NCBI GenBank assembly: GCA_951406725.2
Contig: OX597815.1
Coordinates: forward strand, 8,122,001 to 8,186,000
Origin: Octopus vulgaris
Lineage: Eukaryota
Direction: 5' to 3'
DNA length: 64,000 bases
Positions 1 to 13,184 of the stretch are shown piece after piece. Position numbers and translations under genes: made by a program. Every line of letters starts with the position of its first letter. The first letter of the stretch is position 1. Under the pieces are notes generated by a model. It was not told the DNA's origin. It saw only the letters and a program-made list of their open reading frames with translations, and did not search any database.

Positions 1-275
1 GCACACCGTTGCACATCTGATGCTGTTCGTTACATCCATTCTACACCAATTTCATTAAGAACAAAACTTTGTAGATTTCCATTCCCAGCGATGTCTATTG
101 CCGCAAACTAAAATTTTATGTAAAACATGCGAAGCATTTTTCCTCTTATAATTCCTTTGTCTGTTGTTGGAGTTGGTTCGTTTTCCATTGATTGGCTCCG
201 TATTGGGGTCACGGAGATAGTGGGAGGTGGTGAGGAATAGAAAGAAATGGTATGAGAGGGAGGAAGACAATGAGG

Positions 276-320
<45 letters not shown>

Positions 321-323
<3 letters not shown>

Positions 324-620
324 GCGTAGGCGTGGTTGTGCGGTTGAGAAGCTTGTTTCCCAACCATGTGGTCTTGGGTTCAGTCCCAGCGCGGCAACTT
401 AAGGAAAATATCTTCTACTATAGCTCCAGGATGTAGAATGCCTAGTGAGTGAATTTGGTAGAATTTGGAAACTATCAGGAAGCCCGTTGTATACGTGAAT
501 GTGAAAGGGTGAATGTCCCTACCGGTTTAAAAGAAAGTACTGCTGTCGATTTGTTCGATTAAACCCTTCAATGTGGTGCCCCAGTATGACCACAGCTCAA
601 TAACCGAAACAAATAAAAGA
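321..620 (+). mobile_element. tRNA-derived SINE, family A (diverged copy)
   Basis: A/B-box-like head (GGCGTGGTTGTGCGGT...GGGTTCAGTCCC) and tail (GTGGTGCCCCAGTATGACCACAG...GAAACAAATAAAAGA) are homologous to the copies at 37630, 41342, 42045 and 45246. Confidence 0.75.
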
Positions 621-666
621 CGTGTTTTTGTGTATCTGTGTGTATCTGTGTGTATACGTATATATG

Positions 667-718
<52 letters not shown>

Positions 719-719
<1 letters not shown>

Positions 720-1161
720 CAAATAAATAAATAACAAACGATGGCAAATGTCAGTTCATTACAGCTGTTTCTAACGCATTTTTTAAATAGATGATGGAAA
801 CGGTGTTTTGCAATGATGTAATGTACTCATTTGTCTAATAAAAATGCGTTAGAAACAGCTGTAATGAACTGACATTTATCCAACGTTTGTTATTTATTTA
901 TTTACTCATAATGCACCAAAAGAGATTCCCGACCCGTCGGACATCCTGGAGTATACCAAATACCATGCGACCAATAAAACGTACGCATTGGACTAGCACT
1001 TAGGCGTTAAATTCTTCGTATACATAACCAGAATATTTCAGTGGATGTACTTAAGTACTCGATATATTTATTCGACTAAAGATGGTGTTCACAAGTTAAT
1101 TCGACCCAACCTGGTACCTATTATTTAAGTACCGATTCTATCCCGAGTCCTTAATATTGTA

Positions 1162-1165
<4 letters not shown>
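719..1165 (+). mobile_element. (TA)n-embedded non-coding element with inverted arms (721-783 / 840-903) and a decayed hammerhead-like motif
   Basis: About 63-bp near-perfect inverted repeat; GAAACAGCTGTA palindromic stem-III-like motif; (TA)n on both flanks; same layout as the HHR element at 21923. Confidence 0.55.
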
Positions 1166-1228
<63 letters not shown>

Positions 1229-1230
<2 letters not shown>

Positions 1231-2062
1231 CCCGCCGATTTTTAAAATTTTGTAATTTATTGCGTTTTTAAATTTTAGAAGCTATTTTTTTCAAGAATTC
1301 TATTTTTGAATCATTTTGGAATTTCTTTTTTTCTAGTTAATTTTAGTTAATTTTTGCTTATTTTCAGATCATTAAAATGGAATGTCAAGTTAAGAAAAAC
1401 GAGCATTTTCGACACCTCCTTCTTTTTGCTTTTAATCAAGGTTCTAAGGCCGCAAAAGCTGCTCGCGACATTTGTGCTGTGTATGAAGAGGGTGCCATAG
1501 CTGAAAGAACCAAGTTCAAAAATGGAAATTTTGACCTCAAAGACGCACTTCGTTCTGGTCGTCCAGTTGAGTTCGATGAAGAGCGATTAAACCAACTTTT
1601 GCGCGAAAATTCTCGTCAAACGACAAGGGAATGCTCCCACACTGCTATAGAGAAGCATTTTCACTCGATGAGAAAGGTTCAGAAGTATGGAGCATGGGTT
1701 CCGCATGCTTTAAGTGACAACAACAAAAATCAACGAGCCACAATCTCCGCTGGTTTGCTTGCTCGCCACTGCTCAACTCATGGACACAAGCAACGATTTC
1801 TTTACCGAATCGTTACTGGCGACGAAAAATGTTGCCTGTACATCAATATGAACAAGCATTATCCTCATAAACAAGCGACACCGTGCGTGAAACAAGATCT
1901 TCATCCGCGTAAAATGATGTTGTGCGTATGGTGAGACTGGGAAGGGATTATCCATTGCGAATTGCTTGAACGGAACCAAATGGTCAACGCGGGAAGTGCT
2001 GCCACACCCGCCGTACTCTCCTGATTTGGCACCAACGGATTTCCACCTCTTTCAATCTCTTT
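1229..2062 (+). mobile_element. Mariner (Tc1/mariner) transposon remnant, internally deleted
   Basis: ORF 1377-1934 has the HTH region (HFRHLLLFAFNQG...RSGRP), WVPHAL and RIVTGDEK. After a stop, DWEGIIHCELL is followed by a jump to VLPHPPYSPDLAPTDFHLF, so the central catalytic segment is missing. Confidence 0.93.
1377..1934 (+). pseudogene. mariner transposase pseudogene (N-terminal part)
   Basis: WVPHEL-like and TGDE motifs; small deletions, premature stop, YSPDLAP motif downstream. Confidence 0.9.
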
Positions 2063-2065
2063 CCT

Positions 2066-2190
2066 GTGGAGGTCAACTTTGTCGTTCATCCTTTCGAGGT
2101 TGATAAAATAAAGTACCAGTTTGGGGTCGATGTAATCTATTCACCCTCTCTTTTAAAAATACTGACCTTGTCCTAAAATTAGAAAAGACT
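2066..2190 (+). mobile_element. SINE family C 3' fragment
   Basis: GAGGTCAACTTTGTCGTTCATCCTTTCGAGGTTGATAAAATAAAGTACCAG matches the family C core at 14160-14225 and 61553-61600. Confidence 0.65.
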
Positions 2191-2856
2191 GTATTATAAA
2201 CGTTTCTAAAACGCAAAGTAAATAGTATATAGTTCCATTTTCATTGTATGGAGTGAATGTAAGTTTAAAATGTACACCTGGATAGGGTAGCAGTCTATAT
2301 CAGGCAGCATCGGAAGTCTGGGATTCCTATTGACTGGACAATCTAATCTCCCTCAAAATGAGTTGAATCGATGCAAATTAAACGGTAGCAGGATTTTAAC
2401 TCTATAAAGTTGTTGTTGTTGCTGTGGTTGTTGTTGTTGTTGGTGGTGGTGTTGGTGTTGTTGTTGTTGTTGTCGTCGTCGTCGTCAGTGTTGAGGAACT
2501 GATCGGACCGATAACTGATGGAAGGCATTCCAGATGTGAAGAGCCATTTTTTTTTCTTCTTTTTTATCGTTTAATGATATCTCGGAATATTTTATCAAAT
2601 GTATTCGTGTCTTTTTTTAAGTCAGTAGAGTATAATTTGGCTGCTATTTCCAGCATATCCGTTCACTCTATCATACCCTCGTATGATCACCTGTAAGGCA
2701 TTTAAAAACGTTGAATCAGTGAAGTCAATTACACGGAAACGCATTCCGTTAAAAAAAAAACAATATTTAAATTAGTGTTAAAACTATTAAATGCAACGAG
2801 TAATATATAACACAGAAACGATTATCTGCTGAGGAAAAAACCCCAGTAATTAAACG

Positions 2857-2909
<53 letters not shown>

Positions 2910-3245
2910 GTGTGTGTCTGTGTGTGTGTGTGTGTGCGTGTGTGTATTGACACTAGTATGTACACAAACACACACACACAAACACACACTCACGTACACA
3001 CACTCACATACACACATATATATATACCGTCTGCTGGAGGATTACTTTAAGAGTGCGTGTGTCCGTGGAATATTCAGCCACTTAATTGGTAAGTAGTTCA
3101 ATAAGATGGAGCAACTAAATAGTCATCGTCGAAACCGACGTAGGTCTATTTACTTCATACGTACATACATATATATGTGTGTGTGTGTGTGTGCATGTAT
3201 ATATAAACAGTATATATATATATATCTATACATATATATAAATAC

Positions 3246-3308
<63 letters not shown>

Positions 3309-3322
3309 TATATACATATACA

Positions 3323-3368
<46 letters not shown>

Positions 3369-3381
3369 TATATACATATAG

Positions 3382-3425
<44 letters not shown>

Positions 3426-3859
3426 ATATATATGCATGCATGCGTCTGTGTGTGTGTGTGTGTGTGTGTTTCGGTGGGTTTGGGGTGCGTGTGTGCGCGC
3501 GCACGAAGCGAGAAAGAGAAAGAAAGGGAGAATGATAGATTATATCAAGATTAAAAAGAAATGGATAATGACAGAGATAGTATATGAACGTGAGAAAGAT
3601 AGGAATGTAGAGAGAGGGAGAGACAAGGAGGGAGAGAGAGCGAGAAGGTGATGGAGGGAGGTGTGGAGGGATGGTGGGAGGCTAAGAATTGATGTATCGA
3701 TCTGTTGGTAACATAGTATAATCTTGTCAGAGAGAAGAAAGCAATGGAATTAGCCGAGTGGACCATTGTTCTACAGGACACAACACAAGATTCCTGTAAT
3801 ATTAGAATGAAATCGAAAACTAGGAAGCACAAATCTTCGTGTTTCAATGCCGAAAATTC

Positions 3860-4925
<1,066 letters not shown>

Positions 4926-5034
4926 GTTTATCATGTGTTTAGATGATGATAAATGACAGAATGAAATGAAATGAAAGAATAATGAAATAAACTCTGTAAC
5001 AGAATGTCTGGATGAAAGTGATTATATCAGCAAT

Positions 5035-5070
<36 letters not shown>

Positions 5071-5433
5071 AGTCTGCCTCTGCGTTTATGTGCATATATG
5101 TGTGTGTGTGTGCATCTAAACGGGTCTTGATAATGTCGTTAGTTAGATGGAACCTCTCTACATCGGCCAGAACATCAGAGCAGGATGTTGCGAATGATGC
5201 TACAACTATACAAATATAATGAGTTCTCAAAGCAGACAGCAAGAAAGCCTCCACATTGTCGATTGATCAACTAAAACTAATAGTCAATTTTCATTCAAAT
5301 CACACCTTGCTATCTTTTTTTTTTTAAATAAAAAGGAAAGAGCGCACTGTATATTGTCCTCGATACGCTCTGCCTGAATAAAAGGCAAGTTTGACTATGA
5401 CTGAAACACCTTTTAATCATAAGTTTTCTAGGT

Positions 5434-5634
5434 CAGTGCTCTTCAACCTTTTTGCTGGAGCGGAACCCCAAGGAAACATTCCACTTGCTCGAGGAACCCC
5501 TGTGCAATAATTTAATAGTCTTATGCACACATATTTGCACAGGAGACTTAAAAATTACTGCCGATTTTAGCAGTTTTGTAACTTCTTGTGAAACCCCTGG
5601 ACTGTACTGGCGGAACCCAGGTTGGAAAACACTG
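5434..5634. mobile_element. hAT (Charlie-like) MITE
   Basis: TIRs CAGTGCTCTTCAACC / GGTTGGAAAACACTG; 8-bp TSD TTCTAGGT / TTCTAGAT with central CTAG. Confidence 0.85.
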
Positions 5635-5941
5635 TTCTAGATTAAGGCGTCCTAAAATTCATATAACATTGTTTAAAAATACGTTAGGCATTTAAACCAC
5701 TTAACACAGTAGTTTTCAAACATTTTTTTTATCTGTGGAGCCCTTTGATCCCTATTTTATTCTGGTGGACCCTCATAGCCATTCGATGTTTAAAAACTAG
5801 TTTTATAGATTTCGTTTTTGGATTTGGTTTGCAAGATTATTTATATGAGTTCGTGTGTTGAAGCATATTCTGTTGTCTCTGGGAAGAGTCATTTTCTTTT
5901 TGTGCCTTATAATGTAACACACTCACCGGTAAAATTTCCAC

Positions 5942-6037
5942 TTTTTTCTTATTTTTATTTTCCTAAAATTTTCGTCAAACAATTGTAAAGGTTGCAAGAC
6001 GCAACGAAAATTTTAGGAAAATAAAAATAAGAAAAAA
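5942..6037. repeat. about 34-bp inverted repeat (hairpin)
   Basis: TTTTTTCTTATTTTTATTTTCCTAAAATTTTCGT ... ACGAAAATTTTAGGAAAATAAAAATAAGAAAAAA. Confidence 0.85.
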
Positions 6038-6300
6038 TTATAAAATGCTAAAATAATTTTATCATGAAGAACATTTTAGTACCGGTTTCATCCTTTGCGA
6101 CTTTTTCAACATAGAGTAAAGCATGAAAAACAATTAAATCGTAGAAAACATGAATGAAATGTTTTAAAAAATATTTCCATAGTTTTCAAACGCAAGGGAC
6201 ATTTTCCTTTTTCCTGTGTGTCTGTCAGTCTCTCTCTGTTTTACTCTTGTGAGAGCTTGGTAGCAGGTAGCACGTAGTAGCAGTCCTAAAATTTGATATG

Positions 6301-6694
6301 ATGGAAAAATTATTCTGAACGCTTGAGACAGATTATGAGAGAGACAGGATAAGCAGTCTGATCTTGGTGAAGGTAACAGTTGGAAAGATGACTTCCCATC
6401 CTTTTCCAAGTAAGTTTTTTCTTAATAATTATGATGCGCACTCTTCACCTTTACTGTTTCTCCTCTGTCTATCTCTCTCCCTCTCTTGTTCTTCATCCTT
6501 TCTGTTTTTCTCTCCACCCTTCCCTATTCTTCTCCTCTCCCCTTCATCGTTCCCTCTCTCTTACTCCTCCTCCTCCTCCTCCTCCTCCTCGACTCTCTCG
6601 TCACTGAAAACGCTATCTTCACCAAGACAAGACCGCTTATCCTGTCTCTCTCATAATAAGATGTCTCCTCAAGCGTTCACAATAATTTTTCCAT
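6301..6694. repeat. foldback: about 75-bp imperfect inverted arms around a pyrimidine-rich spacer
   Basis: 6301-6372 is approximately the reverse complement of 6617-6694. Confidence 0.8.
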
Positions 6695-7148
6695 GGTCTT
6701 GGCTTAACAACCCTCATCGTTTGTTTTTACTGTGTTATTCTCTTTGTTCTGTCTTTTACTGTTTTACTGTTTTGTGTTGTTTCTACTGTCCTGTTCTTGT
6801 TACCATTTTTACTCCGCAAAAAATCCCAAATTTTATTTAATTTGCTTTGCAGGAAGGACTGTTTCAACGAAGTCACATCTTGTCCTTACCTTCGCAACGC
6901 GGAGTAGACGAAACGGGGAAAACTGAAGACGGGGAATATTCCTTGTGTTGTATGTCTTGTACTCTGTTCTCTCGTTGTAGGAAAAAAAGTTCGTTTCCAT
7001 GTTTTTGTTTTTGTTTTTGTGTTTTCGTTTCACATTGCGTTCAAAGTTATTTTGAAGTCCTGTACCCATATATGCATGTATATATACATATAGATGTAAG
7101 TATGTACATATATGTATAAATGCATATATTTATATATTATTCATATTA

Positions 7149-7255
<107 letters not shown>

Positions 7256-7414
7256 ATTGGCAGGGCTGGCCTGCTAGGTAGCCGGCCAGAATGCTAGAAA
7301 AAGATCATCAACGATCAAACTACAAGGGAAATTCTCTAGAGGAAGAATTCAGCGAACACCAGAACCAAATTTGGCGGGCAGGACATATGAAAAATTAAAT
7401 AAAAAACACACTTA

Positions 7415-7490
7415 AATGCATACCTCGGTTTCGGTCTTAACAAAAGAATTACTTGCATAATTCAAGTGTCCGTGACTTCTTCAGTACATT
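7415..7490 (-). ncRNA. type I hammerhead ribozyme motif (inverted arm copy)
   Basis: Reverse complement of the 7835-7910 motif. Confidence 0.8.
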
Positions 7491-7834
7491 CGGTCCTCGA
7501 GATGCAAACTGAAAGACTAACCCCAGCTCTCTGTGTCAAGACAGACACGTGCTTAGTCTTACTGATTACATCGGGAATAAAATTTCAAATGTCTTGGTTC
7601 CGGCGCGCTAAGAGACTCCTGAAGCGAAGGGCTGCAGTGAATAATTCACTGCGGGTAATGCTTACAACTAGGGAACGTATTTATTCACTGCAGCCCTTCG
7701 CTTCAGGAGTCTCTTAGCGCGCCGGAACCAAGACATTTGAAATTTTATTCCCGATGTAATCAGTAAGACTAAGCACGTGTCTGTCTTGACACAGAGAGCT
7801 GGGGTTAGTCTTGCGGTTTGCATCTCGAGGACCG

Positions 7835-7910
7835 AATGTACTGAAGAAGTCACGGACACTTGAATTATGCAAGTAATTCTTTTGTTAAGACCGAAACCGA
7901 GGTATGCATT
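7835..7910 (+). ncRNA. type I hammerhead ribozyme motif, copy 1
   Basis: Stem I AAUGUA/UGCAUU; core CUGAAGA; extended stem II (GUC/GAC, GACA/UGUU, GAAUUA/UAAUUC); GAAA; stem III ACC-GA-GGU; GUA cleavage triplet, cut after 7904. Confidence 0.85.
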
Positions 7911-8380
7911 TAAGTCTGTTTTTTATTTAATTTTTCATATGTCCTGCCCGCCAAATTTGGTTCTGGTGTTCGCTGAATTCTTCCTCTAGAGAATTTCCCT
8001 TGTAGTTTGATCGTTGATGATCTTTTTCTAGCATTCTGGCCGGCTACCTAGCAGGCCAGCCCTGCCAATATACACATATATTTGAATTTTCTCTGACTCC
8101 TCAGATTTTTTGAATGCTGGACTACTGGTTTTAAATTGATATTAAAATTAATATTAATTTATCTCCCTCAATTTTTAAACATTTAAATAAATACGTTCCC
8201 TAGTTGTAAGCATTACCCGCAGTGAATTATTCACTGCAGCCCTTCGCTTCAGGAGTCTCTTAGCGCGCCGGAACCAAGACATTTGAAATTTTATTCCCGA
8301 TGTAATCAGTAAGACTAAGCACGTGTCTGTCTTGACACAGAGAGCTGGGGTTAGTCTTGCGGTTTGCATCTCGAGGACCG

Positions 8381-8456
8381 AATGTACTGAAGAAGTCACG
8401 GACACTTGAATTATGCAAGTAATTCTTTTGTTAAGACCGAAACCGAGGTATGCATT
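8381..8456 (+). ncRNA. type I hammerhead ribozyme motif, copy 2
   Basis: Identical to 7835-7910 (+546). Confidence 0.85.
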
Positions 8457-8926
8457 TAAGTCTGTTTTTTATTTAATTTTTCATATGTCCTGCCCGCCAA
8501 ATTTGGTTCTGGTGTTCGCTGAATTCTTCCTCTAGAGAATTTCCCTTGTAGTTTGATCGTTGATGATCTTTTTCTAGCATTCTGGCCGGCTACCTAGCAG
8601 GCCAGCCCTGCCAATATACACATATATTTGAATTTTCTCTGACTCCTCAGATTTTTTGAATGCTGGACTACTGGTTTTAAATTGATATTAAAATTAATAT
8701 TAATTTATCTCCCTCAATTTTTAAACATTTAAATAAATACGTTCCCTAGTTGTAAGCATTACCCGCAGTGAATTATTCACTGCAGCCCTTCGCTTCAGGA
8801 GTCTCTTAGCGCGCCGGAACCAAGACATTTGAAATTTTATTCCCGATGTAATCAGTAAGACTAAGCACGTGTCTGTCTTGACACAGAGAGCTGGGGTTAG
8901 TCTTGCGGTTTGCATCTCGAGGACCG

Positions 8927-9002
8927 AATGTACTGAAGAAGTCACGGACACTTGAATTATGCAAGTAATTCTTTTGTTAAGACCGAAACCGAGGTATGCA
9001 TT
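8927..9002 (+). ncRNA. type I hammerhead ribozyme motif, copy 3
   Basis: Identical to 7835-7910 (+1092). Confidence 0.85.
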
Positions 9003-9472
9003 TAAGTCTGTTTTTTATTTAATTTTTCATATGTCCTGCCCGCCAAATTTGGTTCTGGTGTTCGCTGAATTCTTCCTCTAGAGAATTTCCCTTGTAGTTT
9101 GATCGTTGATGATCTTTTTCTAGCATTCTGGCCGGCTACCTAGCAGGCCAGCCCTGCCAATATACACATATATTTGAATTTTCTCTGACTCCTCAGATTT
9201 TTTGAATGCTGGACTACTGGTTTTAAATTGATATTAAAATTAATATTAATTTATCTCCCTCAATTTTTAAACATTTAAATAAATACGTTCCCTAGTTGTA
9301 AGCATTACCCGCAGTGAATTATTCACTGCAGCCCTTCGCTTCAGGAGTCTCTTAGCGCGCCGGAACCAAGACATTTGAAATTTTATTCCCGATGTAATCA
9401 GTAAGACTAAGCACGTGTCTGTCTTGACACAGAGAGCTGGGGTTAGTCTTGCGGTTTGCATCTCGAGGACCG

Positions 9473-9548
9473 AATGTACTGAAGAAGTCACGGACACTTG
9501 AATTATGCAAGTAATTCTTTTGTTAAGACCGAAACCGAGGTATGCATT
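9473..9548 (+). ncRNA. type I hammerhead ribozyme motif, copy 4
   Basis: Identical to 7835-7910 (+1638). Confidence 0.85.
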
Positions 9549-9824
9549 TAAGTCTGTTTTTTATTTAATTTTTCATATGTCCTGCCCGCCAAATTTGGTT
9601 CTGGTGTTCGCTGAATTCTTCCTCTAGAGAATTTCCCTTGTAGTTTGATCGTTGATGATCTTTTTCTAGCATTCTGGCCGGCTACCTAGCAGGCCAGCCC
9701 TGCCAATATACACATATATTTGAATTTTCTCTGACTCCTCAGATTTTTTGAATGCTGGACTACTGGTTTTAAATTGATATTAAAATTAATATTAATTTAT
9801 CTCCCTCAATTTTTAAATATTTTA

Positions 9825-10201
<377 letters not shown>

Positions 10202-10222
10202 ATATATATATATACATGTATA

Positions 10223-10275
<53 letters not shown>

Positions 10276-10286
10276 ATATATACATA

Positions 10287-10319
<33 letters not shown>

Positions 10320-10457
10320 GTATATATACATACATATATATGACGTAATGCCATCTATGCCTTTCTCGTGAACATCCTATCAAGTAAGTGAAACGACAAA
10401 GTTCGAAGATGCGGTTTGGTAAGCATTAATCTCATCTTTCTCTGCAAGCTATTATTA

Positions 10458-10495
<38 letters not shown>

Positions 10496-10942
10496 GCACA
10501 CACACAAGCACACACACACACACACACACACATTGATGCAATAGCATTCGGAAAACTAGCTGTCTGTCTGTTCGTACACCAGAAGTTCTAATGTTACACA
10601 CTTCTTCCATCAAGCTTCAATACACCAACTTCTCATGTTCACCAATTCCATGCCAGTGCACGTGCAATACAGTCAAATTCTTTGATCTTTTCCTTTGAAT
10701 CTTCAACCGTTTCTCCTTCTTGAATTATCTTACTCGTCTTATCCGTTTTCTCTCTCTCTCTCACTCTCTCTCACTCTCTCTCACTCTCCCTCACTCTCTC
10801 TCTCTCTCTTTTCCTGTGCATCTCCCTCTTTTTCTCTTTCTTCTTTTTCTCCTCACACACACACACACACACATACACACTCATAAAGATAGATAGAAAG
10901 ATTTATACATACGCACATATATATATATATATATACAACCGA

Positions 10943-11309
10943 TCGTGGCACTCCGTCGGTTGCGACGACGAGGCTTCCAGTCGATCCAATCAACGGAACA
11001 GCCTGTTCATGAAATTAACGTGCAAGTGGCTGAGTACTCCACAGATACGTGTACTCTTAACGTAGTTCTCGGGGAGATTCGGCGTGACACAATGTGTGAC
11101 AAAGCTGGTTCCTTTTGAAATACAGGTACAACAGAACAGGAAGGAGTGAGAGAAAGTTGTGGTGAAAGAGTACAGCAGGGTTTGCCACCATCCCCTGCCG
11201 GAGCCTCGTGGAGCTTTAGGTGTTTTCGCTCAATAAACACTCACAGCACCTGGTTTGGGAATCAAAACCGCGAGTCCGCCGCCCTAACCACTGTGCCACT
11301 GCGCCTCCA
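10943..11309 (-). mobile_element. tRNA-derived SINE family B
   Basis: Head GGAGGCGCAGTGGCACAGTGGTTAGGGCGGCGGACTCGCGG; body and tail homologous to 22833-23203 and 54623-55004. Confidence 0.85.
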
Positions 11310-11344
11310 TTCAGCTGATACACATTAGATATATATATCAAATA

Positions 11345-12898
11345 TCTCTTATTATAAAAGGTAGATTTTATCTGCCTCTCTTTGGGAGTTATACAAATCT
11401 ACAATATAGGATTTCTTCAATTACAATTTACCTAGCATTTTTAAGAGTACAATGCATCGCGTCATGCCAGGTCCAGTTTTTAAAATTTAAACTCCAATTA
11501 AGCAAAATTTACAGAAAACTCACATTCTGGTGTGTGTGTCAAATGCTTTTCTTAGTCTGGTTTACACCACACGCAAACGCACACACACAGTGGGCAACGA
11601 ATAAAATGAAAGTAAATAGCGACAGAGTGATTTGAGGAAGACTAAACTGAAAGTGTTTAAACCACTACTCAAAAAATAAAAAAACACAGCAAACAGAAAC
11701 AAATAAATACATAACCATTTAATCCTCACACAACTTCTTCAATTAGAATTTACCTAAGATTTTTCAAAGTACTCCATTCGCTCATGCCATAATATATTTC
11801 TTTCAATTTCACCCCCAATTAAGACAAAATTCGAGAAAACTCAATATTTTAACATATCACTCCGAAAGCATTGATGTACATGTGTGCGTGCGTGAGTGTG
11901 TGTGTGTCATTACTCACACACACGCATACACATACATATACAACTACATACAACTACATACACATACAACTACATACAAACACGTGTGTGTTTGTTATTA
12001 GTAAAAAAGGCGCAAAAACACAACTCACTTATCATTCCAACACATTTGCAAAGACACACGGAGGACAGAAAAGGTAAATTGGTTTTTATTTTACTCTGTA
12101 TATATTTTATTATATAATATTATATATAGATATATGTATATATAATTGCAGTATGAAACAGTGTTTATGTATAAACAGACGACACTTATATATAGTTACC
12201 AAGCCGCCCGAATTTACCTATTCATATTTAAATGAGAATATCAGAGCAAATCTCTTTAGTACATTCGTGAAAACACGTATTATACTTCGTAAACACTTCA
12301 ACTACAGTTTTGTACAAAAATCGAAGTGTAATTTTAATTCCGTGAATTATGGGAGATTTTTTTCCGAAATTTGTTCCTATTGTGTTTTCAAAATTTTTAA
12401 TTCTGACAAAAAATGGATACGAATTTCATTATATCAAGCAGCGAGTCAGAATTCGAAGGATTTTCTACTGAAGACCTTCATAAATCTAACTCTATGACTG
12501 AAAAAAAAAAGCATCTTTATATAAGAGTGAAGTTGTGTGTCTGTCTCCTACGATTTAGATTCCTAACTACTCCCACATTTTGCAGTGCAGTTTAACCAAA
12601 AGCGGGTATCTTATAGTCGTGATTCATATCGAGCCCTTCTGGGTATTAGCGTGCGTCTACGATGAGTCTACGATTTAAAAAAAAAATTACCATCATATTT
12701 TTCCATTTTAATGCATTTTTTTCGCTTTTATATAAGGGAAGTAACTCTCTAAAAATATCTACGATGTGTCAACGATTTAAAAAATATTTACCTTAATTTT
12801 TTTTCAATTTTTAATGCATTTTATGGCTATAACTCTCTAAAAATGCTTATATAGTTATTTCCCTTACAAACCCGAGCAACGCCGGGCGATACTGCTAG
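11345..12898 (+). mobile_element. non-autonomous composite Helitron (second 5' end at 12514)
   Basis: 5' TC start, 3' GC hairpin CCCGAGCAACGCCGGG then CTAG, inserted between A and T; segments shared with 35327-35726 and 58355-60380. Confidence 0.88.
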
Positions 12899-12938
12899 TA
12901 CATATATATATATAAGTTATATATATATATATATAAGT

Positions 12939-12987
<49 letters not shown>

Positions 12988-13106
12988 CATATACAACACA
13001 CACACACGCACACACAAGCACGTACACACACATATAATATACATGTAGTGTGCATCAGCTAATATTTAATAATATTAATTTCTACTCTTATATGTATATG
13101 TACTTT

Positions 13107-13184
<78 letters not shown>

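Noticed and set aside
6858-6930. CAACGAAGTC...GACGAAACG hammerhead-like spacing
   Set aside because: Core and cleavage triplet absent
8075-8112. Antisense CUGAGGA...GAAA in the 546 unit as a second-polarity hammerhead
   Set aside because: No stem I or stem II pairing
7466-9497. Repeated 63-83 aa ORF (MSVTSSVHSVLEMQ...) in each 546-bp unit
   Set aside because: GTG start, antisense to the ribozyme, no recognisable domain; it recurs only because the DNA is repeated
7681-9817. CRISPR array or rDNA/snRNA tandem cluster
   Set aside because: The units are wholly identical with no unique spacers, and I see no 5S, tRNA or snRNA similarity
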